64,000 nucleotides of DNA from Candidatus Oxydemutatoraceae bacterium (GCA_965220085.1 CBDCOZ010000002.1:1-64000); one strand, 5' to 3'. Shown: positions 22,703 to 32,238, counted from the stretch's first letter. A program made the numbers and translations. The notes: a model not told the origin generated them from the sequence alone.

Positions 22703-23012
22703 CCGCCGTTCCAATATCTGGTATACTGTGCCCTCGGGGCGAGCAGACATTCCTCAGGCTTGCCCCATCCGCCACCATTCCAATGTCTGGTATACTGTGT
22801 CCTCGGGGTGAGCACTCCGGGCTCACCCCGTCCGTCACCATTCCAGTGTCTGGTATGCTAGTGTCCTCGGGGCGGGTAAATGTTGCTCCTTGTGGCTCGC
22901 CCCGTCTGTCACCGTTCCAATGTCTGGTATAATGGTGTCCTCGAGGCGGGCAAACTTGTTTCTCGGCCCGCCTCGTCCGTCACCATTGTGGTGTTTGATA
23001 TGCCGGTGTCAT
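22703..23012 (+). promoter_or_regulatory. Tandem extended -10 plus covarying hairpin array (4 units and a terminal unit)
   Basis: Stems ggggcgagc/gcttgcccc, ggggtgagc/gctcacccc, ggggcgggt/gctcgcccc and gaggcgggc/gcccgcctc. One unit has a perfect TGGTATAAT. Confidence 0.6.
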
Positions 23013-23027
23013 TATGATTGAAGTCTC

Positions 23028-25161
23028 ATGCAAAACCTGATTAAAAATTGTCTGCAAGCAGAACCGATGCGCATCACATATCCGCTCGCAAACAAGCGGT
23101 TCCGTGTGTATCATATAGCCCCCCCCCCCCCCCCTAATTTTTGCCAGAGTTTGCGCGGTGCTGTTTGAGAAGCACCTTTGGTCGTCGCTTGTCAGTGGCT
23201 TAATTCGTAACTGGACTTGCGCGGTGCTGTTTGTTTGTGTCTTCGCCACAAACACCGCACACGCACAAGCCGACCAATCCAACTGCGCGCTCAGCGACGC
23301 CGTCACCGAGTTTCCCTCCTCCGCGCACGCGCAAATTTCCCAGCAGTTTAACGCTTGCGCGAACAACGACTGGGCTGTGCTGAAGCATCCCGGCTTCGGC
23401 TTCGGGGCGAACCTTGACCGCTGCTACTGCAACATCAAGGTGCGGGACGCGACTTTGCATTCCGCCAACTGTAGCCACCCCTCTCAAACTTCCGTATTCA
23501 GCGTCACCGAAAGTATCGGCAACCTCCGCTATCACTTCGGCGCAACATTGCAACACCTGCCGCGGCGGACGGAGGAAAACAAGGACGCCTGCTTTGTGTC
23601 GCACTGTCCGGACGGGGAAGAGCCGTCCGGATTTAATACGAATGGCGCAACCGAATGCGCAACGCCCTCAACGCCGGTGACGGTTCGCGCCATAGCGATG
23701 CCGGCGGAGGGCGGGAGCGCTGCCATTATGGGCGCGACCACCGCCTCGGTAATTCTCAACACCACCGCGACCATCGTCGCCACTCCGGCGAAGGGATGGT
23801 ATGTCGATCGGTGGGAAGGCGACGGCGGCGCTTGCGCCGAACAAACCGGCAGGCTCGGAGGTTTCAGGGGCGTGGACACAGACGAGAAATCTTGTTCGCT
23901 GCCCGCCAGCGCCGGGCTGACTGTGACGGCGCATTTTGCGTTGGCGCGGGTGACGGTTCGCGCCATAGCGATGCCGGCGGAAGGCGGGAGCGCTGCCATT
24001 ATGGGCGCGACCACCGCCTCGGTAATTCTCAACACCACCGCGACCATCGTCGCCACTCCGGCGGAGGGATGGTATGTCGATCGGTGGGAGGGCGAAGGCA
24101 ACGCATGCGCCGGACAAACCGGCGGGTTTGGAAGTTCCGAAGTCGCGGACACGGACGAGAAATCTTGTTCGTTGCCCGCCAGCGCCGGACTGACTGTGAC
24201 GGCGCATTTCGCATCGGCGCTTTGTGTCTACGACGAGCTTCCGGCGGGACTGCAAACCGTTGCTGTCGACCAACAGATTAACGCGTGCAACGCGAAAGGA
24301 TGGAGCGCGCGCAAACACATTGTCAGCGGAGTCACATTATGCCACTGCAACATCAAGGCGTGGGACGGGGGGAACGGCGACCCCGCCCGACAGTCGTGTC
24401 TGAACGGCTTATGGCCGCCGCACCAAACCTCGGGCTTTCACGCGCGCGGAGACACGAACTCCAATTTGTTTGCCCCATTTTACTTTGGCGCAACCCTGCA
24501 ACACCTTCCGCAACGGACGGAGGAAAACCAGAATGATTGTTTTACAGCGCGATGCGCGGGCGGGGCGGAACCGTCGGGATTCAACACCGACGGCGAAACC
24601 GAATGCCAGGCGGCAAGTGCGCAGGTGTGCGGGGATTTGACGCCGACGAAACACTTTGACGGCGGCGCCTGCGTGGAAAGCTGCGCGATGGCGGCGACAT
24701 TGAACCCGACAACGAATACGTGCGAATGCAACGCGCCGAACGTGGGGACGGCGCAGGATTGCAGAACCGCCACGCCGGCGAACTGCGAACGTTTGCAAGG
24801 GACTCAATTTTTCGACGGGACGACTTGCGTTCAAACTTGTCCGGGGGCCTCGGTCGGAAACACGCAGACGCATGAGTGCGAATGTCTTGCGTCGAATACG
24901 GGGACAGTTTCGGACTGTCGCGCGCCGGACGGGGGGACGGAGCCGGTTGTTTGCGCGGGGGTAGCGGTTCGGAATCCGACGGCGAATGTTTGCGAATGCA
25001 AATTGCCGAATGTGGGGACGGGTTCGGATTGCAAGGCGCCGAGCGCGGAAGTTTGCGCGGATTTGACACCGCCGAAGTTCTTTAACAGGATGGCCTGCGT
25101 CGATGCGCCCGACGACATCAACTTGCGTCTGCGCATCTTTCTTGAAGGCCCGTTGCGATAA
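23028..25161 (+). CDS. Cys-rich modular secreted protein, poly-C leader (likely phase-variable; main ORF 23158..25161)
   Basis: Leader MQNLIKNCLQAEPMR...IAPPPP from ATG 23028 joins the main frame if C16 (23119-23134) is C15 or C18. Signal AVLFVCVFATNTAHA-Q. Same architecture as 19527. Ends in the tag. Confidence 0.78.
23119..23134 (+). repeat. Poly-C homopolymer (C16)
   Basis: Counted directly. Confidence 0.85.
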
Positions 25162-25189
25162 CCGACATCACGCCGCCCAAGCTCACTGT

Positions 25190-26212
25190 GAGGATGCCTC
25201 CTTTGCGGGGGCTTCTTGCACACCGCCCGCCGTAAGCGCTCCCGCCTTGCAGGAGAATTGGCAAGCCACGGGGGGCGACCGGCAGGCAGCCCGGCGACAT
25301 TTATAATGTGTCATGTCTTCTAAAAGCAATCACCCTCCTTTGCCAACTGTAATCACTCCTTCTTTGCGGCTTTGCGCATCGCCCGCCGTAAACACTCTCG
25401 CCTCGCAGGAGAGTCGGCAAGCCACGGGGGCTGATCGGCAGGCAGCCCGGCGACATTTATAATGTGTCATGTCTTCTAAAAGTAATCACCCTCCTTTGCC
25501 AACTATGATCACTCCTTCTTTGCGGCTTTGCGCATCGCCCGCCGTAAGCGCTCCCGCCTTGCAGGAGAATTGGCAAGCCAAGGGGGGCAACCGGCAGGCA
25601 GCCCGGCGACATTTATAATGTGTCATGTCTTCTAAAAGCAATCACCCTCCTTTGCCAACTGTAATCACTCCTTCTTTGCGGCTTTGCGCATCGCCCGCCG
25701 CAAGCGCTCCCGCCTTGCAGGAGTCGGCAAGCCACGGGGGCTGATCGGCAGGCAGCCCGGCGACATTTATAATGTGTCATGTCTTCTAAAAGCAATCACC
25801 CTCCTTTGCCAACTGTAATCACTCCTTCTTTGCGGCTTTGCGCATCGCCCGCCGCAAGCGCTCCCGCCTTGCAGGAGAATTGGCAAGCCAAGGGGGGCGA
25901 CCGGCAGGCAGCCCGGCGACATTTATAATGTGTCATGTCTTCTAAAAGCAATCACCCTCCTTTGCCAACTGTAATCACTCCTTCTTTGCGGCTTTGCGCA
26001 TCGCCCGCCGCAAGCGCTCCCGCCTTGCAGGAGAATCGGCAAGCCACGGGGGCTGATCGGCAGGTAGCCCGGCGACATTTATAATGTGTCATGTCTTCTA
26101 AAAGCGATTACACCTCCTTTGTGAAGGCTTTGCACATTGCCCGCCGTAAGATCTCTCGCCTTGCAGGAGTCGGCAAGCCACGGGGGGCGATCGGCAAGCA
26201 GCCCGGCGACAG
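25190..26212. repeat. ~156-bp tandem repeat array (6-7 units)
   Basis: TTATAATGTGTCATGTCTTCTAAAAG at 25301, 25457, 25613, 25767, 25923 and 26079. Confidence 0.95.
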
Positions 26213-26495
26213 CTACTCCGACACTCTCCCTCTGGCACCCCGCAGGTACGGGTGTGAGGGCAATTAACTGAGTCGCTCCTTTCATGAAGCAACGCCATCC
26301 GCGCAGGCACAGGTGTGAGGCGGCGCGATGGGGAGCGGGCGCAATATGATACGCGCCACCCCGCAGGCGCGGCAGTAAGGCCCCGACCGCATACAACGAA
26401 CAACTCTTTCCAGCGCCATCCCCGCAGGCGCGGCGGCGAGGATGATGATTGGCGCGGGCTCGCCGCAAGGGAGTGTCGTTCGCGTGTGGGCGGAG

Positions 26496-27575
26496 TCAGC
26501 GGCTTTCGTTTAGGGTGGCTTTGACGTCGGCGGGCTTCACCGTGTCGCTGACGACGGCGCTGCCGAGCGCGTTCAGCAACACAAACCGTTGCTTGGCAGC
26601 GGTGTTCTTTTTGTCCAGACGCATCGCGTCCATCAGCTGTTTGGTCGTCGCTTCCTTGGGCACCGCATGCGGCAGTTCCGCTTTCTTGACCAGATCGGCG
26701 ACCGTCACCATGTCCTCTTCCGACAACTTGTCGCACTTGTGTGACAGGCGCGCCGCCAGCACCATGCCGCAACCGACCGCTTCGCCGTGTAGCCAGGCGC
26801 CGTAGCCCAGAACCTTTTCCAATGCGTGACCGAAGGTGTGGCCGAAGTTGAGGATGGCGCGATAGCCCGATGTCTCGCGCTCGTCCTTGCCGACGACCTC
26901 GGCTTTGAGTTCGCACGAACGATATATCATCCGCGTCAAGGCGTCTTCGCTGCGCTGTTGTATCAAGTCCATGTTCTGCCACACCCAAAAGAAAAAGTTC
27001 ATGTCCAGAATCGCCCCGTACTTGATGACTTCGGCAAGGGCGGCGGCAAAGTGTCGCTCCGGCAATGTCTTGATCGTATCCAAGTCGGCGATGACACATT
27101 GCGGCTGATAGAACGCGCCGATCATGTTTTTGCCGAGCGGGTGATTGACCGCCGTCTTGCCGCCGACGGCGGAGTCCACCTGCGCCAACAGCGTCGTCGG
27201 CAACTGCACAAAAGGCACGCCGCGCAAATAGGTCGCGGCGACAAAGCCGGCCATGTCGCCGACCACCCCGCCGCCCAGAACGATGAGCAGGGTGTCGCGG
27301 GAGATGCCGCGTTCCAGCAGGGCGGTATAAATTGTCTCGCAGGTTTGAAGCGTCTTGCTCCGCTCTCCGTTCGCGAAGACGATGACATCACCGGCGGCCG
27401 CTCCCGCCGCCTTGCGCACGCGCTTGAGGTAGTGACCGGCGACAACATCGTCGCTGATGACGATGCGGCGCGCGCCCGGATAAGGCGCTAACAATTTATC
27501 CAACTCGTCAAACAAGCCGCCGCCGATATGAATCGGATAACTGCTTTTCCCACATTTAACTTTTAGAGTTTCCAT
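26496..27575 (-). CDS. aroB: 3-dehydroquinate synthase
   Basis: GGGVVGD, PTTLLAQVDSAVGGKTAVN and LNFGHTFGHA motifs. Confidence 0.97.
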   Translation of the reverse strand: METLKVKCGKSSYPIHIGGGLFDELDKLLAPYPGARRIVISDDVVAGHYLKRVRKAAGAAAGDVIVFANGERSKTLQTCETIYTALLERGISRDTLLIVLGGGVVGDMAGFVAATYLRGVPFVQLPTTLLAQVDSAVGGKTAVNHPLGKNMIGAFYQPQCVIADLDTIKTLPERHFAAALAEVIKYGAILDMNFFFWVWQNMDLIQQRSEDALTRMIYRSCELKAEVVGKDERETSGYRAILNFGHTFGHALEKVLGYGAWLHGEAVGCGMVLAARLSHKCDKLSEEDMVTVADLVKKAELPHAVPKEATTKQLMDAMRLDKKNTAAKQRFVLLNALGSAVVSDTVKPADVKATLNESR

Positions 27576-28084
27576 TATTTATCCTCAAGTAAGCGCACAA
27601 TTTTTTCAACCGCTTCATCTGCTGTGCCATTGTTGTCAACTTCAAAGACAGCCGCTTCGCGGTAGAGCGGCGTTCGTGCGCGGTCTAATTCCTTTATTTT
27701 CTCTTTTATGCTTCCATCATCAAGCAAGGGGCGTCCGCGCCCGTCGCCGATGCGCTCGCGGCGCGACTCCCGCGCCACCCTCAGATAGACCGCAATGCCG
27801 GTTTTCATCAACGCGCGACTGCCCGCATCCAGCGGTGCGCCGCCGCCGGTCGCAATAACCGTCGCCCGCTCTGCGGCAATCCGCCGCAACGCCGCGGCCT
27901 CGCGGGCGCGAAACCCGCTTTCTCCCTCGCGCGCGAAAATCGTTCCGATATCACACCCCGCGGCGTCGGCTATCAAACTGTCAAGGTCATAAAAGCGGCG
28001 GCCCAAACGGTCGGCCAGCTTTTTGCCTACCGTTGTCTTGCCCGATGCCATCGGCCCGATTAAAAAAACATTACGCTGTTTCAT
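27575..28084 (-). CDS. aroK: Shikimate kinase
   Basis: GPMASGKTT, GESGFR, ATGGG and RPLL motifs. Upstream of aroB. Confidence 0.96.
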   Translation of the reverse strand: MKQRNVFLIGPMASGKTTVGKKLADRLGRRFYDLDSLIADAAGCDIGTIFAREGESGFRAREAAALRRIAAERATVIATGGGAPLDAGSRALMKTGIAVYLRVARESRRERIGDGRGRPLLDDGSIKEKIKELDRARTPLYREAAVFEVDNNGTADEAVEKIVRLLEDK

Positions 28085-28126
28085 TCAGTGCTAGAATCTA
28101 GTTTTTACCATACCGCAAATTGCGTC

Positions 28127-30502
28127 TTGAAAACCCGTTACAAAGTCTTGCTCTTGCTCTTCGCTGCGCCCATAGTAGCCTTATTCGGCATTTATATCTA
28201 TGTCGGGCAGAGTTTGCCGTCCATCCCGGAGATACGCCAAGTGCAAGTGCAAGCGCCGCTTCGGGTCTATTCAAGAGACGAAAAGCTTATCGCATCTTTC
28301 GGCGACAAGCAGCGCGTGCCGATTCTCTACGAACAGATTCCGCGGGATATGTTAAACGCATTTCTCGCCGCCGAGGACGATCGCTTCTTTGAACACGTGG
28401 GGGTGGATTACGAAGGGCTGGTGCGCGCCGCCATCAATTTGATACAAACCGGCGAGCGCACGCAAGGCGGCAGCACCATCACGATGCAACTCGCGCGCAA
28501 TCTGTTTCTGACCAAGCAGAGAACCTTTGAAAGAAAGTTCAAGGAAATATTTACGGCGCTGATGCTGGAGCGGGTATTCACAAAAGAGGAGATCTTCAGC
28601 CTCTACCTCAATAAAATATTCTTCGGCAAGCGCGCCTATGGCGTGGCCGCCGCCGCCGAAATCTATTACGGCAGGACGGTTGACGAGCTCAACCTGCCGC
28701 AGATTGCCATGCTTGCGGGGTTGCCCAAAGCGCCGTCGTCTTATAACCCGCTCGCCAATCCGGACAAAGCATTGGAGCGGCGCGGCTATGTGCTCGGGCG
28801 AATGCTTGAACTCAATATGATAGACCAAGCGCAACACGATGCGGCCGATAACGCGCCCATCAGCGCCGAGCGACACGCGCTCAAGGTGGAACTGCAAGCA
28901 CCTTATGTCGCGGAGATGGTGCGCGCGCAGATAGTGGAGGAATACGGCCCCGAGGCATACACCAGCAGCTTTGAGGTCTACACGACTATCGACAGCTTGT
29001 TGCAGGAAAGCGCCGGACAGAGCCTGCGCGAGGGGCTGTTGAAATACGACAGACGCCACGGCTGGCGCGGAACAAAGGAGCGACTCGACCCGCTCGCCGC
29101 GGACTTTGATGCGCGGGCGCGAGAAACGCTCGCCGCCATGCCCCGCATCGGCGAGCTCGTCCCGGGAGTGGTCACCCGCGCGAGCGCGACAACGCTCGAT
29201 GTCACACTGAAGGACGGCGCGCAAACGCATCTCGGCCCTTCGGCGTGGCGATGGGCGCGCAAACGTATCGATGAGGACCGGCAGGACGCGCGTCCGGAAT
29301 TCGCAACGACGGTGGCCTCAACCGGCAGTGTCGTCTATGTAAACGCCGGCGCACAACCGCCGCGCCTGGCACAGCTGCCCGATGTCGCGGGCGCATTGGT
29401 CGCGCTGGATACGAACACCGGCGCTATCCTCGCGCTAAACGGCGGCTTTGACTTCAGCCTCAGCAAGTTCAATCGCGCCACGCAAGCCAACCGGCAACCG
29501 GGCTCAAACTTCAAACCCTTCATTTACTCCGCCGCGTTCGCCGAGGGCTACACCCCGGCATCCATCGTCATTGACTCGCCGGTCGTGTTTGCCAATTCGC
29601 ACTTTGACTGGCGCCCGGAAAATTACAGCGGCAAATTTTTCGGGCCGACCAGATTGCGCGATGCGCTGAAACGCTCGCGCAACTTGATCTCTATCAAACT
29701 GGTTGACGACATCGGCATAAAAGAAACGCTCGACTACATCCGCCGCTTCGGTTTTGAGCGCCGAGACCACCCGCACAATATGACGCTCGCGCTCGGCTCG
29801 GGCACGGTCAGGCCGCTTGATATGGCGCGCGCCTACGCCGTGTTTGCGAACGGCGGCTTCTTGCTTGAGCCGCAACTGATCGAGCGCATCGAAAGGAGCG
29901 GGGAGGTCCTGTTTGAGAAGCGAGCGCTGCGACTGTGCAACGAGGACTGCGACGGTATGGATGACAGCGGCGATATGGGTGACAGCAGTGATATAGATGC
30001 CAGCGGACAATTCGCGCACCGCGCAATCCCGGCCGACATCGCTTATCAGATGACGAGCATGATGAAAGATGTCATCCGCGAAGGCACCGGTCGCCGCGCG
30101 CGCGCGTTGCGCCGCAGCGACATTGCCGGCAAGACCGGAACGACCAACGACCAGCGCGATGCCTGGTTCTCCGGCTTCAATCGCGACATCGTGGCCACCG
30201 TCTGGGTCGGCTTTGACGACCACCGCCCGCTCGGCGCCCACGAAACCGGTTCCAAAGCCGCGTTGCCGATATGGATTGACTTCATGCGCACCGCGCTGGA
30301 CGGGCGCGCCGAACGCGGATACTTCAAGCCGTCCAACATCATCAGCGCGCTCATCGACCGCGACAGCGGCTTGCTCGCGCACCCGAGCGACAGCGACGGC
30401 ATCAGCGAAACGTTCCGCGCGGAGTTCCTGCCGAAAGAGATAGCGCCCGAGAAAGGCGACGACAATACCGTGCCGGAACCGGTCGAGAAAAAACTCTTTT
30501 AA
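28127..30502 (+). CDS. mrcA: Penicillin-binding protein 1A
   Basis: EDDRFFEH, GGSTITMQ, RQPGSNFKP, SRN and KTGTT motifs. Start at 28088 or 28127. Confidence 0.95.
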   Translation: MKTRYKVLLLLFAAPIVALFGIYIYVGQSLPSIPEIRQVQVQAPLRVYSRDEKLIASFGDKQRVPILYEQIPRDMLNAFLAAEDDRFFEHVGVDYEGLVRAAINLIQTGERTQGGSTITMQLARNLFLTKQRTFERKFKEIFTALMLERVFTKEEIFSLYLNKIFFGKRAYGVAAAAEIYYGRTVDELNLPQIAMLAGLPKAPSSYNPLANPDKALERRGYVLGRMLELNMIDQAQHDAADNAPISAERHALKVELQAPYVAEMVRAQIVEEYGPEAYTSSFEVYTTIDSLLQESAGQSLREGLLKYDRRHGWRGTKERLDPLAADFDARARETLAAMPRIGELVPGVVTRASATTLDVTLKDGAQTHLGPSAWRWARKRIDEDRQDARPEFATTVASTGSVVYVNAGAQPPRLAQLPDVAGALVALDTNTGAILALNGGFDFSLSKFNRATQANRQPGSNFKPFIYSAAFAEGYTPASIVIDSPVVFANSHFDWRPENYSGKFFGPTRLRDALKRSRNLISIKLVDDIGIKETLDYIRRFGFERRDHPHNMTLALGSGTVRPLDMARAYAVFANGGFLLEPQLIERIERSGEVLFEKRALRLCNEDCDGMDDSGDMGDSSDIDASGQFAHRAIPADIAYQMTSMMKDVIREGTGRRARALRRSDIAGKTGTTNDQRDAWFSGFNRDIVATVWVGFDDHRPLGAHETGSKAALPIWIDFMRTALDGRAERGYFKPSNIISALIDRDSGLLAHPSDSDGISETFRAEFLPKEIAPEKGDDNTVPEPVEKKLF

Positions 30503-30507
30503 TGGGG

Positions 30508-30830
30508 GACACTCTCCCCGCACAGGCAGAGTATAAATTAGCGCCGCAAGCACTCTCCCCTTGCGGGAGAGTCGCAGAGCCCAAGCCGCAGGCGAAGGGC
30601 GATGCGGTGAGGGGGAAGGGAACTCGTGCAAGCCAGAAGCTCGCCCCCTCTCCGGCAACCTGCGGGCTTCGCCCTTGGTTTGCCGACTCCCACAAGGGGG
30701 GAGTGTTAGTTAACACCGTGTAACACTTTCCCCTTGTGGGCGGAGTATAAATTAGCGCTACAAGCACTCTCCTCGCACAAGCGGAGTATAAGTTAGCGCC
30801 GTAAACACTCTCCCCTCGCGGCGGAGTGTT
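30508..30830. repeat. REP/MITE-like palindromic element cluster
   Basis: Repeated cactctcccc(tt)g..ggagagt palindromes. ~60 bp nearly identical to 36308-36372. Confidence 0.65.
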
Positions 30831-30888
30831 AGAATGTGTCGGAACACGAGAACAAAATGGCAGAAACACACCCGCCACTTAAACGTTC

Positions 30889-31806
30889 ATGAAGTTACTG
30901 ACATGCGAGTACGAAGGCAAAGCGCATCTGGGGGCGCTTTGCGATGACACCGCCGTATACCTGCCGGCCTTGGACGCGCGATGGCGCGCGCGCAACTTGC
31001 CGACCGATATGTTGGCGCTGATAGACGCCGGCGCGCCGGCGCTGGATGTCTTGCGCGCGCATGTAGCGCCGGGGGGCGCCGTTGCCGGCGGCGCGATGTA
31101 TGTGGCAATGAACGCCGTGCGCTTGCTCGCGCCGATTCCGCGTCCGCGCCAAAATGTGCTGTGCCTGGGCTGGAATTATCAAGACCATGTCACCGAGTCC
31201 GCAACAGTCAAAGGCGACATCAAACAAACCGAAAAGCCCGACGCGCTGATCGTGTTCACTAAGTCGCCGCTGTGCGTGTGCGGCCCTTACGACGACATCC
31301 CTTACGACCCCGAAATATCCAAACGGCTGGATTGGGAGGCGGAGTTGGCCGTGGTCATCGGGCGGGCGGGGCACAAGGTCGCGCCCGCCGAGGCGCTCGA
31401 TTATATATTCGGGTACACGGCGGTCAATGACATCTCGGCGCGCGAATTGCAGAAGCGCCACCGCCAGTTTTATCTCGGCAAAAGCGTGCCCAAGTCCTGC
31501 CCTATGGGACCTTATATTGTCACGCCCGATGAGGTAGGCGACGCGCAGAGCTTGCGCTTGCGCAGCCGTGTCAATGGCGTGACCAAGCAGGATGCGAGTA
31601 CCGCCGATCAGATTTTTGACATCAAAGAAACCATCGCAACCATTTCCAAAAGTCCGGCGATCGCAGCCGGCGATATCATCGCAACGGGCACGCCCGCGGG
31701 TGTCGGCTTCGCGCGCAAGCCGCCCGAGTATCTGCGGCCGGGCGATGTGGCGGAGTGCGAAGTGGAAAAGATCGGCGTCTTGCGCAACCGCATTGTGAAC
31801 GCGTAA
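30889..31806 (+). CDS. Fumarylacetoacetate hydrolase family protein
   Basis: GWNY..H, FTK, DWEAEL, NDISAR, GKS..CPMGP and GDIIATGTPAGVG motifs. Confidence 0.92.
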   Translation: MKLLTCEYEGKAHLGALCDDTAVYLPALDARWRARNLPTDMLALIDAGAPALDVLRAHVAPGGAVAGGAMYVAMNAVRLLAPIPRPRQNVLCLGWNYQDHVTESATVKGDIKQTEKPDALIVFTKSPLCVCGPYDDIPYDPEISKRLDWEAELAVVIGRAGHKVAPAEALDYIFGYTAVNDISARELQKRHRQFYLGKSVPKSCPMGPYIVTPDEVGDAQSLRLRSRVNGVTKQDASTADQIFDIKETIATISKSPAIAAGDIIATGTPAGVGFARKPPEYLRPGDVAECEVEKIGVLRNRIVNA

Positions 31807-32238
31807 GATACGCCGACGAACGCCGCATCAACCCGTCAAGCTGTCAGCTTATATCGTTGGTCGCCCGCGCCTGCGTCCAAACCGACGAACGCCGCATCAA
31901 TCCGTCAAGCTGTCAGGAAACGACGCCAACGCGGGTACCGCACTCAAGGCCGGGTGTGGCGAAATAACAACACTACATCGCAAGTTAGAAGGTAAATAAA
32001 TGAATAATTTGCTGTTTTGTGCATTTTATCGTCGGCACGAAAACCAACGGCAATCAATTAAGTTAATGAATTTCTGGGGAAAATTCAAAAAGGGCAAGAA
32101 ACCGATTTATAACATATATTGCGGAGTTTTGCAATAACTTTGTAATGTGGTGTATGCTTGGGGAACTGTGAAAAACCAGACCTCATTAACAGAGGTCGGT
32201 TTCTCAAATTGAATCTGTTGATTAATGGAGTTAGTAAT

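Noticed and set aside
22208-22861. ORFs across the intergenic repeat arrays
   Set aside because: They arise from a 135-bp (3n) period; homologous arrays with 124/154-bp units break the frame.
22703-23012. CRISPR or mini-CRISPR
   Set aside because: Variable parts are 7-19-nt loops inside stems and recur between arrays; the repeats are degenerate.
4885-24610. Diversity-generating retroelement (TR/VR) behind the variable loops
   Set aside because: Differences between copies include many non-adenine and synonymous changes and indels, and no reverse transcriptase is in the window.
771-25223. Long antisense or alternative-frame ORFs over the Cys-rich genes (e.g. 10274..12145, 12353..14248, 20971..22077)
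   Set aside because: Shadow ORFs of GC-rich repetitive coding sequence with no motifs.
25190-26212. CRISPR array
   Set aside because: Whole ~156-bp units repeat with no unique spacers, and no cas genes are in the window.
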